A DNA stretch of 60,920 bases from Gemmatimonadaceae bacterium (lineage in GTDB: Bacteria > Gemmatimonadota > Gemmatimonadetes > Gemmatimonadales > Gemmatimonadaceae): NCBI GenBank assembly GCA_044224875.1, contig JBGAJQ010000008.1, positions 60,064 to 120,983 of the forward strand, read 5' to 3'. The notes beneath the pieces were generated by a model that had not been told where the DNA came from, made no database searches, and saw only the letters and a list, made by a program, of their open reading frames with translations. A program made the translations under genes and the position numbers. Shown here in pieces: positions 29,753-38,540 of this stretch. Positions within the stretch are counted from its first letter, which is position 1. Every line of letters begins with the position of its first letter.

Positions 29753-32700
29753 TTAGTTGAAGGGCTTCGCACGCTCGATCCACTTGGGGAGATCCTTCTC
29801 CTTGGGATTGAGTGGCGTGCCTGGGTGAATCGCACTGACCGGACACTTCTCGGCTGCTTGCACCAATTGCGCGAAGGTTCCGGCGGACGCGTTCTTGATA
29901 TAGGCCTGCTTGTTTCCGTTGTAGGCGAACATCTTCCCGTTCAGGTTCGTGCACTCGTTGCAGGTCGTGCACCTGACGGATTCGATGTACGCTTCCATCG
30001 CCAGGTCGTCAGAGTCCGCGCCGGGGGTGGCAGCTGCCGGTGCGGGAGCGACCCCCGGTGTTGTCGCCGCTGTTGCTGGCGGTGCTACCGTTGGGGCCGC
30101 GGCGGTCGATGACGCTGGCACCGTTGGAGCTGTCGCGGGTCCAGCCGCCGTCGACACGCCATTCCCGGTGCCCGTCGCGCCAGCCGGCTGGGCCGGGCTG
30201 CCAAGACCGCCGTCGCCTAGCGGAATGCCGGTCGCCATCAATTCCTGCGCCAGCCGCTGGCCACCAGGACTTCGCAACAACCCTTCCGCCAGCCTTTTCG
30301 CCACCTGCAACGGATACTGCGCCTTGAGTTGCTCGATTCTTCCCTCGTACTCGCGACGGATCTCCGCGATTCGTGCCTCGAAGTCGCTCTCCATCTGCGA
30401 TGTGACGCGATCGCGCACGCTGTCCGGCACTTCCAAGCCCGCGAGATGTCGTAGCTCGAGCCAGAACTGTTGCCGCTCCGCGGCGAGGAGGACGATTTCG
30501 CGCGACACGCTCAATCGCGTCAACCGGCGATCGTTGGTGGTCGCGTAGATGAAAGGCGTTCTTCCTTCCCGGTCCTCCTCCGTCAGGTGCATGAATTCGT
30601 GGAACAGCACCTGCTCGTCGGACGCCTCGCCCTTGAGCGGCTTGAAGTGCTTCTTGAAGCGCCCCTCGGTCGCCGCCCAGTCGGCCGTCGTGAGCGGGAG
30701 CTGCATGGTCTGCTCGGCTCCCTCGCCGTCGATGTACCGAAGGGTGTATTCCGGCCATTCCGTATCCAGCGACGGGTTCCCATCCAGGGACAAGCAGTCG
30801 GCGACCGACGATCCAGCATCCGGATCGTACGTGATGAACGGGAAGGCACGTGACTCGAGCGCCAGACGCGCCGAGTGCTGCGACCAGTCGTCGCCAAGTC
30901 CGTGCTCCACGGGGCACGGCGTGTAGATGTTGAACAGCGCGGGTCTTCGCAGCTGCAACCCCTTCAACACGCCAGCGATGAGGTGCGACGCCGAGGCCTG
31001 CGACGTCTGGTGGACGTAGGTGCCGCGGTGGGCGATGGCAATCAACGCGAGTTCCTTGCGCATCTCGGTCTTGCCATGCTGTGCGGCGCCGTACGCCGAC
31101 ATGTCAGCCACCTGGCCGGTGAAGCCGGACGTACATGCCTGCCCGCCGGTGTTCGAGTAGACCTGTGTGTCCAGGACGACGACGCGAATCGGCTTGCCCG
31201 ACGCAAGCAACCGGGAAAGGTTCTGGAAGCCGATGTCCAGCATGGCACCGTCGCCACCCATCGAAATGATCGGCGGGCACAAGTGGAACTCTTCGTCTGT
31301 GAACTGCTTCCAGCTGAACGCACCGAATTCGGCCTCGTGCCGCTCGGCCTCGTACTCGCCGCTCAGCAGCAACTCGGCACGACGGACCTGGATGAACCCG
31401 TCGGCCATCTTGCGCATGTGCCCCTCGAAGACGCCGATCGCGATCGATGGCGCGTCCTGGAACAGGTGGTTCACCCAGGGGAATGGGTACGGATTGTAGG
31501 GATACGTCGCGCCCCAGACCGAGGAGCATCCCGTGGAGTTCGCCATTCCCAGACGCGCGCGACCCTTGCCACTGGGCCCATCGACGTACCGCCACCTGAG
31601 GTCCTTGAGTCCGTGCAACGTGCGGGCGATCGCGTCGAGGCGCGTGCGCTGGGCGTCGTCGAGGGCAAGCTTCACCCCGCCCGACTCGTGAGCCGCCGTG
31701 TTGACCGCCTCGATGTCGGCACCCGAGGCCAGGACGGTGCGGGCCTGCTCATCCAACCGTGAGATGAGCTGGTCGAGCTTCTCCACGTGCTTTTCGATGC
31801 GCGGCCCCATGAGCGCGTGGACGGCAGACACCACCAAGTGGACCGCGGTCTTTTCGCCGCATCCCATGCAAGCGCCGTCACCACCCACCATGGACCGGTA
31901 GTTCTCCTTCTTCAGCAGCAACGACGAGAGTACGCCAATGCCCTCGTCGATGTTCTTGACGTTGACGTACGTGTCGTCGGTGTCCGGGAGGGTCTTCCAG
32001 AACGACCAGTTCGCTCGCATCCGATCAACGATCGCGGCGTCCTGCTTGACCGTGACCAGCGCCTCGTCTGGGCACACGGCGACGCAAAGGTTGCATCCCT
32101 TGCATGCCTCGGGATTGATGGTGACGGACAGCAGCCCGCCACTTCCCTTCGCCCGCGACTCCGGGACGTCATAGAACGGCTTTGTTCGAGCGAGCGGAAA
32201 CGCTGCTGCCACGGCATGCACGCGCTCGAACTCATGATCGAGGGCATGGCGCTTGTCGGCATCGTACCCGAGCTTGCCCGCGACGATGGGATACGCCGCC
32301 GCAAGGGCGTCCCCGAAAAGGAGCGTGGGGGAAGCGTCGAGCTGGCGGCGCGTCTCCTTCGCCAGCCCCTTGGAGATCTGCCGCACGCGATCCAGTGGCG
32401 TCCCGTTCTTCGCGGCGTCGATCGCGGCGCCAATCACGTCCTCGACCTTGTTCACCAGCCCCGGGATCGCAGCATCCGGACACTGCACCCAGCACTGTCC
32501 GCACCCGGTGCACTTGCTGGCAATGAAGTCCGGTACCTCGAGCCTAACGCCGGTCATGTCACGCACGGCGCCCGTTGCCGCTGGAATCGCGCTCACGGCC
32601 GCAAATGGATCGGCGATGCCGTCCTGGCCGAGCTTGCAGAGGGCGCAGACCTGTTCCCAGAATCGCCCGGGGTTCCCGAGCCCCGATTCGGCATCCGGTT

Positions 32701-34882
32701 CGTCGAGGAGGTCCGGGATGGAAGGCACGTCACCCATCACTTCCGCGTCGCCGCGCACCGGCGTGGGCGTGACCTCACGGAATTCGGTGAACCCGCGGCG
32801 GATCACCCGAACATTGTCTTCGACGACCTGCGCACCCTTGGATCCAAACTTCTTTTGCAGCTGAGCGCGAATGCCTTCGAACAGCATGCGCTCGTCGCCC
32901 TTTTCGCGCGCCAACAACGGCGATGTGGCGAAGAACGCACCCATGAACGCCGCGCCTTGCATGCGGTAGCGAAGCTCCACATCCGATGCCTCACTCGCGG
33001 CAATCTTGAAGGCGTCCAGCACGTAGACCTTCACCTTCTTGTCGACGATCTCCTGGCGCGCCCACACGGGCAGCGATTCCCAGAAGGCCTCGGGCTGCAT
33101 GTCGCTCTGCACCACGAAGACACCGCCCGCCGAAAGCCCGCTGAACGGGTTGGAGTGGCGGAACACGTTGGGGTCGGGCGAGAGCACCGCGTCCACGTGT
33201 CGCAGCTCGCAGTTCAGCTTGATCGGCTCATGTGCAAAGGTCGCGTAGAAGGTCGTCGGCTGACCCTTCTTCTCCGATCCGTACTTGGGATTTGCCTTGA
33301 TGTGGAGGCCGAACAGCTCGAACGCCGTCATCGCGACGTTCTTGCCCATGGTGATGGCGCCCCAGCCGCCGACCGAGTGAATGCGCAGCGAGATTGCCCC
33401 GTCGGGCATCAGGTTCAGGTCGCCCGTGGACGGCAAGGCCAAATCTGCGATGTGCGGATAGGCATCCTGCAGCTGCTCCTGCCAGATCTGGAGCTTCGGG
33501 AGCCGCGTGCCCTTGCGGATGAAGTCGATGCCCAGGTAGAACTGGCGTCGATTCGCTCCCTGCGGCAGCATGTTCTCGACCGCCGCCACGATGTCGCCCG
33601 GCTGCAAGTCTCGACTTCCCAGGCCAAAGCAACCGGAGTAGAAGGACGGCATGTCGTCAGCCTGAACGGCTGCAACGCCAGGGAATGGCACTGCCCCGCC
33701 TTTTGCGGCCCGGGCGTTCTCCAATCCTTGCGACATCGCCGAGCGAATCTCGCGCAACAACGGCGGGTCCACGGCCAGCGGCTGGTCCAGTCGTTCCAGG
33801 ACCACCACCCCGCGCTTGCCTTTCAACAGGCGCGTGACGTGGTCGGCCGGGAACGGACGGAACATCGTCAGATTCAACACACCAACCTTGAGCCGCTTGG
33901 TGCTGCGGAACCAATCCGCCACGGCCTCGGCGTTGGCAACCACAGACCCCTGCCCCAGGATCACGTACTCGGCGTCGTCCGTCTTGTAGCCGCTGGCCCT
34001 GGCGTAGCGTCGTCCAGTCAACGTCGCGTACTCGGCTATCGCCTGGTCGGCGAGCGCCGCGACATGGTCGAAGTAGAAGGGCCGTTGCGCGGCGACGCCC
34101 TGCGCGTAGCTATCCTGGTTCTGGACCACCCCCAGCATGGCCGCGTAGTCCAGGTTGAACATCTCCGGAATACGACGGCGCCGTGGGCCAAAGACCAGTC
34201 GCTGCGCCGGTGTCGGTGAGTCGATCTCGTCCGCCGGGTCGCCGAGGTACTCACGCACCAGCGCGCGCTCCGGCAGCTGCAATGACTCGATGACGTGACT
34301 CGTCAGGAAGCCGTCCTGTGCGCAAATGCCCGGATTCAACGAGAGTTCCGCCAGGCGATGCGCGATCAGGTTGAGGTCCGCCGATTCCTGGACGTCCTTG
34401 GCAAACAGCTGGAAGAACCCCGTGTCATCCACGGCGTGGTAGTCGTCGTGACCCGCGTGCACGTTCAGTGCGTGCTTAGTCATGGCCCGAGCCGCCACGT
34501 TCAACACGTACGTCAGTCGCTTGCCCACCGCCGCGTATAGCGACTCATGCATGTAGGCGATGCCCTGGCCACTGGAAAAGTTCGTGGCGCGCAGTCCCAT
34601 CATGCTCATGCCGGCCGTCACGGCCGCGGCGGCGTGCTCGCCCTCTGGTTCGAAGAAGAGCAAGCGGCGGCCGTTCACGTTGGCCTTCCCCTCTGCCACC
34701 GCGGCGGCCCATCCCTCACCCATTTGCGTGGAGGGCGTGATCGGGTAGGCTCCCGCTCCCTCGCTCGCGGCGGTTTCCATCTCCACCACCGCCGCGCTGC
34801 CATCCATGGCTTCCAGCACGCCCGGATACCGGACGGCGGCCGCGGTTGGCGTCGGCTCGTCTTTCTTGCCCCAGATCTTCAT
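29753..34882 (-). CDS. Large single-chain pyruvate/2-oxoacid:ferredoxin oxidoreductase with extra C-terminal ferredoxin
   Basis: YPITPS, AARAM, HSVGGWG (gamma domain), CTGCGQCWVQCP, CKGCNLCVAVCP, GACMGCGE, NSTGCSS, GGDGAMLDIG and YSNTGGQ. An Ala/Pro/Thr linker then leads to CTTCNEC...AEKCP. Confidence 0.92.
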   Translation of the reverse strand: MKIWGKKDEPTPTAAAVRYPGVLEAMDGSAAVVEMETAASEGAGAYPITPSTQMGEGWAAAVAEGKANVNGRRLLFFEPEGEHAAAAVTAGMSMMGLRATNFSSGQGIAYMHESLYAAVGKRLTYVLNVAARAMTKHALNVHAGHDDYHAVDDTGFFQLFAKDVQESADLNLIAHRLAELSLNPGICAQDGFLTSHVIESLQLPERALVREYLGDPADEIDSPTPAQRLVFGPRRRRIPEMFNLDYAAMLGVVQNQDSYAQGVAAQRPFYFDHVAALADQAIAEYATLTGRRYARASGYKTDDAEYVILGQGSVVANAEAVADWFRSTKRLKVGVLNLTMFRPFPADHVTRLLKGKRGVVVLERLDQPLAVDPPLLREIRSAMSQGLENARAAKGGAVPFPGVAAVQADDMPSFYSGCFGLGSRDLQPGDIVAAVENMLPQGANRRQFYLGIDFIRKGTRLPKLQIWQEQLQDAYPHIADLALPSTGDLNLMPDGAISLRIHSVGGWGAITMGKNVAMTAFELFGLHIKANPKYGSEKKGQPTTFYATFAHEPIKLNCELRHVDAVLSPDPNVFRHSNPFSGLSAGGVFVVQSDMQPEAFWESLPVWARQEIVDKKVKVYVLDAFKIAASEASDVELRYRMQGAAFMGAFFATSPLLAREKGDERMLFEGIRAQLQKKFGSKGAQVVEDNVRVIRRGFTEFREVTPTPVRGDAEVMGDVPSIPDLLDEPDAESGLGNPGRFWEQVCALCKLGQDGIADPFAAVSAIPAATGAVRDMTGVRLEVPDFIASKCTGCGQCWVQCPDAAIPGLVNKVEDVIGAAIDAAKNGTPLDRVRQISKGLAKETRRQLDASPTLLFGDALAAAYPIVAGKLGYDADKRHALDHEFERVHAVAAAFPLARTKPFYDVPESRAKGSGGLLSVTINPEACKGCNLCVAVCPDEALVTVKQDAAIVDRMRANWSFWKTLPDTDDTYVNVKNIDEGIGVLSSLLLKKENYRSMVGGDGACMGCGEKTAVHLVVSAVHALMGPRIEKHVEKLDQLISRLDEQARTVLASGADIEAVNTAAHESGGVKLALDDAQRTRLDAIARTLHGLKDLRWRYVDGPSGKGRARLGMANSTGCSSVWGATYPYNPYPFPWVNHLFQDAPSIAIGVFEGHMRKMADGFIQVRRAELLLSGEYEAERHEAEFGAFSWKQFTDEEFHLCPPIISMGGDGAMLDIGFQNLSRLLASGKPIRVVVLDTQVYSNTGGQACTSGFTGQVADMSAYGAAQHGKTEMRKELALIAIAHRGTYVHQTSQASASHLIAGVLKGLQLRRPALFNIYTPCPVEHGLGDDWSQHSARLALESRAFPFITYDPDAGSSVADCLSLDGNPSLDTEWPEYTLRYIDGEGAEQTMQLPLTTADWAATEGRFKKHFKPLKGEASDEQVLFHEFMHLTEEDREGRTPFIYATTNDRRLTRLSVSREIVLLAAERQQFWLELRHLAGLEVPDSVRDRVTSQMESDFEARIAEIRREYEGRIEQLKAQYPLQVAKRLAEGLLRSPGGQRLAQELMATGIPLGDGGLGSPAQPAGATGTGNGVSTAAGPATAPTVPASSTAAAPTVAPPATAATTPGVAPAPAAATPGADSDDLAMEAYIESVRCTTCNECTNLNGKMFAYNGNKQAYIKNASAGTFAQLVQAAEKCPVSAIHPGTPLNPKEKDLPKWIERAKPFN

Positions 34883-35733
34883 GCGACGGCGCTCCGGTGC
34901 GCTGGCGATGCGTTCTCACCACGGACGGCGGCGAATTGCATCCCCTCCAGCCACACAATGGAATTCGTGGGACATCGCGAGATTGCCCGCGCGTCCTCCT
35001 CCTCGATCCTCGAATAGTCGATCACGGCAAGCCCCGTAGACACGCTGATCAATCCAGGGGCACTGTCCTGCACACACCGGCCACACGCGGTGCAGGCCAC
35101 ACGGCATTGCTCCAACACCTCATCACCGGCCACGAGGTTGCGGCACTGGACCAGCAGGTGATGGTTCACCGGCTGCAACACGAACAAGTCCTTCGGGCAT
35201 GCCTCCAGACAGTCCCCACACGCCGTGCACGCATCCACGTTCACCACCGGCAGGTGGAACTCGTTCATGTGGATGGCATCGAAGTCGCAGACCGCCTCGC
35301 AGTCGGCGAGCCCCAGGCACCCCCACGAACACCCCTTACCGCCACCTGCAACGGCAGCGGCGGCGGCACAGGTGGAGAGTCCGCGGTACTCGGCTCGCTG
35401 CACGGCGGCATTCGTCCCGCCGGCACACTGCAACCGGGCCACTCGCCTCACCGCCGTCCCACGGTCCACACCAAGGAAGTTGGCGATCGCGAGCACGCCA
35501 CTCTCGCTCGACACGGTGCACTTGGCGGGCTGGATCGCTCCCGCTACGACTTGCTCCGCAAAGGCGCGACACCCGGGCAGTCCGCACGCTCCACAGTTGG
35601 CGTTCGGCAACAGTCCCGCGACCACGTCGATCCTGGGATCATCAATCACCTTCAGCTTGCGGTAGGCAATCGCGATCAGGATCGCGAACACCACGCCAAC
35701 ACCGCCGAGGATGAGGATCGCCGTGAGGATCAT
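34879..35733 (-). CDS. rnfB: Rnf complex subunit B
   Basis: N-terminal TM, LPNANCGACGLPGC, CSWGCLGLADCEAVC, CTACGDCLEACP and CTACGRC...CP. Confidence 0.93.
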   Translation of the reverse strand: MILTAILILGGVGVVFAILIAIAYRKLKVIDDPRIDVVAGLLPNANCGACGLPGCRAFAEQVVAGAIQPAKCTVSSESGVLAIANFLGVDRGTAVRRVARLQCAGGTNAAVQRAEYRGLSTCAAAAAVAGGGKGCSWGCLGLADCEAVCDFDAIHMNEFHLPVVNVDACTACGDCLEACPKDLFVLQPVNHHLLVQCRNLVAGDEVLEQCRVACTACGRCVQDSAPGLISVSTGLAVIDYSRIEEEDARAISRCPTNSIVWLEGMQFAAVRGENASPAHRSAVA

Positions 35734-36734
35734 GCGCGACCGTCCGCCGCCACCGACTGCCCAAGCAACCACTGGGCAAGGCGATCCACCGTCGCTGGCC
35801 CAGAGGACACGGTCGTGCCTCGATCGGGGGAATCGCCACCCACCGGGACCGCAGAGAGCACTGCCAGCTGACGCAGGTCTTCGCCCATCTGCCACACCGA
35901 CGCACCACCTAACGACTTCTTTGGTGCATCCGGAAGATGCCAGACGGTGAACCGCTGCCACGGCTCCTTGCCCCCACGCGGATCGTGGAGGAAGCGCGCC
36001 GCCGCTGCGCCCACGATGGCAGCAATCGCCGGCCCATCCGTCGTCGCCACACGATCGAGCCCCGTCTCGTCCGTCGTCTGCAACACCAACGTACCGGGCG
36101 TGACGAGTCGCGCGAGCGCCGCCGGAGCGCAGTCGCCACGCACCACCAGCACGATCTTCTGCCGCCCATCGGTGAAGTCAGCGAGTCCGCCAACCTGCAG
36201 GTCGGCGCCATCGACATGCACCACCAACGGCGGTGCAAAACGGCGCTCGTCACGCGTCCACGCGCGAAAATCGAGGCGATCGAGCAGTCCTTCATGCTCG
36301 GCGGCCTGGAACCGGTCGCCCCGCACCAGCTCTACCAGCAACATCGCGCCAAAGGCCCTGCCAATCTGCGCCAGCGCATCGCCAACGACCGCGGACAGCG
36401 AGGCACCCGACGGCACGTCTACTTGAAAGAGGTCCTCGCCCTGCGCCAACATCCCCTCGAGTACCTTGGCGGCCCGTTCCACACGAGCAACCTGCTCCGG
36501 CGTCAACGCGCCCGCACTGGCAAAGAGGGCCGCGAACTTGGCGGGATCCAGATGCTGCAGCGCAAACACGCCGAGTTCACGCGACGCCGTCGCGGCTCGG
36601 GTGGCCGGGTCCATGCGTTGACCCGCGAGGTACGTATTGGCTTGCGCCCACGCGCCGGCGAGCGCGGCGCGGAATTCCGCGATCGGTCGCTCGAGCGTCT
36701 TCAGCGCCAATTGGGTGCGATCGTCAGACGGCAT
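35730..36734 (-). CDS. Uncharacterised protein; degenerate paralog of the PFOR TPP-binding region
   Basis: 334 aa, overlapping both neighbours. Ungapped local similarity to the PFOR beta region (see findings). Confidence 0.75.
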   Translation of the reverse strand: MPSDDRTQLALKTLERPIAEFRAALAGAWAQANTYLAGQRMDPATRAATASRELGVFALQHLDPAKFAALFASAGALTPEQVARVERAAKVLEGMLAQGEDLFQVDVPSGASLSAVVGDALAQIGRAFGAMLLVELVRGDRFQAAEHEGLLDRLDFRAWTRDERRFAPPLVVHVDGADLQVGGLADFTDGRQKIVLVVRGDCAPAALARLVTPGTLVLQTTDETGLDRVATTDGPAIAAIVGAAAARFLHDPRGGKEPWQRFTVWHLPDAPKKSLGGASVWQMGEDLRQLAVLSAVPVGGDSPDRGTTVSSGPATVDRLAQWLLGQSVAADGRA

Positions 36735-36870
36735 ACTTGTCGAGCTCCTCGTTCAGGAGGCGCACGCGTTCGTCGGCCGTGCGCGGCGCCACACGCCGCA
36801 CATCCTCGTATCGCGGCCGCGACACGTCCTTGAAGAAGATCCCCAGCTTCACCGTACGTCGCTCGCCCAT
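36724..36870 (-). pseudogene. C-terminal remnant resembling a 2-oxoacid:ferredoxin oxidoreductase beta subunit
   Basis: Manual translation ...VKLGIFFKDVSRPRYEDVRRVAPRTADERVRLLNEELDKYAV*. It resembles KorB-type C-termini (GIF...RP.YE), and the stop overlaps the next gene's start. Confidence 0.55.
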
Positions 36871-37253
36871 CGGTTCTCCAGCAGGATCGTCGCGTTAGGT
36901 GCGAGCGCCCCCAATCGATGTCGGGCCAGCAGTACCTGCTCGTTGAATGCGACGATCAGCTGGGTCTCATCCCCCCAGTTGGTGACCTGATTCGCGCCAA
37001 TACGGATGCGATAACCGCTCGCTCCCTCCGGCACACGTGGCGGGGGCTGGATTTCAGCCGGAATGATCTCGACCGTCCATACGCCATTGCCCATCTTCGC
37101 AGAAACCGCCCCAAACACCTGGCCGCACTTCTGCGCGCCTTCACCCGAATCCGAGACCACCTCCAGCGTGTGCTCGTTCAGGCGTTGAAGCTGGGGGGGC
37201 GCCGACAGGGACGCGCGTGACGACGCGCCTGCCCGATCCGCGGCAGTTGTCAT
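36849..37253 (-). pseudogene. N-terminal fragment of a 2-oxoacid:acceptor oxidoreductase alpha subunit (gamma-alpha fusion type)
   Basis: EVVSDSGEGAQKCG, PAEIQPP, SGYRIRIG and LIVAFNEQ (POR gamma domain of KorA). Stops after only 134 aa. GGAGG RBS upstream. Confidence 0.8.
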
Positions 37254-37541
37254 GGTGCTTTGGCCTCCGGAGGCCGCACCAGCATGTCGCCGAGTGCCTC
37301 AGCGACGCGTGGGAGCCCCGTTTGGTGGTTCGCGCTTCCGGCGACTGGCTTCACTCACGCACAGCCGAAGACAGGCCGGAAAAGGTTCCGATGGCCACAA
37401 GGTTTCCTCGGCGCAACCGCGAGTCTGTAGGGAGGACCTCTACGAGGCGCGGGGATTTTGCGCACGTCGACCCTCGTTTTCTGTCAGGGGGGCGCCACCG
37501 CCGGCGGCTTACCCCGGAGAGTGCCGACGCTTAGGCCGGTC

Positions 37542-38540
37542 TCAGGACGACGGAGCGGGTCGGCGGGATTGCCACCACCACTCGAATGCCTCGCGGCTCG
37601 TCAAGGTCGGCGTGAAGCCGAAGTCGCGCTTCAGGCGTTCATTCGAAAGCACCGGGCGGTGCTGCAGGAACGCGACCTGCTCGGGCCCATGGGCCGACAA
37701 GCGACAGAAGTGGAGGGCCCACATCCCCATCGCCAACACGTCGGCCGGCAGCTCCATCAGTCGTGCCCCGGTGCGCGTCGCAATCTGTCGCAGGGTCATG
37801 ACCCCGTCACCCGCCAGGTTAAACACTCCGGTGCGACGTTCGTGAATGCCCTTGATGATGCAATCCGCGACGTCGTCGTCGCGAATGAACACGAACGGAC
37901 TCTCCGACCCCGCTACGCCAACGATCACGGGCTTCAGGAATAGCTCGATCACCGGATTCGACGCGCGTTCACCGAGGATCGTCCCGGGACGGAACACGAG
38001 CTGCCCCAGTTCGGCATGCGACGCGCGGTAGCGCGCCAGGAACTCCTCGACCAAACGCTTGTGCCGCACGTACGGGAACGCCTCGTTGCCTCGAAGCGGG
38101 GCATCCTCCGTGATGGGCACCGGATTGTCGGCGTGGAACCCGTACGCCGCCCCGCTACTCATGACAATGACGTGTCCGATGTCTGCCGTCAGGCACGACT
38201 CGACCAGGTTGTGGGTCCCGTCCACATCGACGGCGTACTGGTCATGCACCGACATGTCCGGCGGTGGAGAAATCACACTCGCCAGGTGCACCACGCAATT
38301 CACGCCATGCTCGCGGAAGCGCTCCGACAGCTCGGCGGATCGCATGTCGAGCACGTCGTACACGACACCCGGCCGTTGCAGAGCGACTGGCACCTCGCGC
38401 ACGTCGATCGCGACAATCTCCTCCACCTGACGTCGATCCTTCAGCAGTCGATCGATCAGTTTGGAGCCGATATGCCCCGCCGCGCCGATCACGGCCACTC
38501 GTCGCGGTCCAACACGCGCGGGCCCAGCGTCAGGTTGCAC
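37542..38540 (-). CDS. NAD-dependent epimerase/dehydratase (extended SDR)
   Basis: VIGAAGHIG, VVHLA, SSGAAYG, YVRHK (YxxxK) and FNLAGDG. Confidence 0.88.
   Translation of the reverse strand: MQPDAGPARVGPRRVAVIGAAGHIGSKLIDRLLKDRRQVEEIVAIDVREVPVALQRPGVVYDVLDMRSAELSERFREHGVNCVVHLASVISPPPDMSVHDQYAVDVDGTHNLVESCLTADIGHVIVMSSGAAYGFHADNPVPITEDAPLRGNEAFPYVRHKRLVEEFLARYRASHAELGQLVFRPGTILGERASNPVIELFLKPVIVGVAGSESPFVFIRDDDVADCIIKGIHERRTGVFNLAGDGVMTLRQIATRTGARLMELPADVLAMGMWALHFCRLSAHGPEQVAFLQHRPVLSNERLKRDFGFTPTLTSREAFEWWWQSRRPAPSS

Noticed and set aside
31787..34219. 810-aa plus-strand ORF and similar long antisense ORFs
   Set aside because: These are antisense shadows of GC-rich genes (here PFOR), with no motifs and biased composition.
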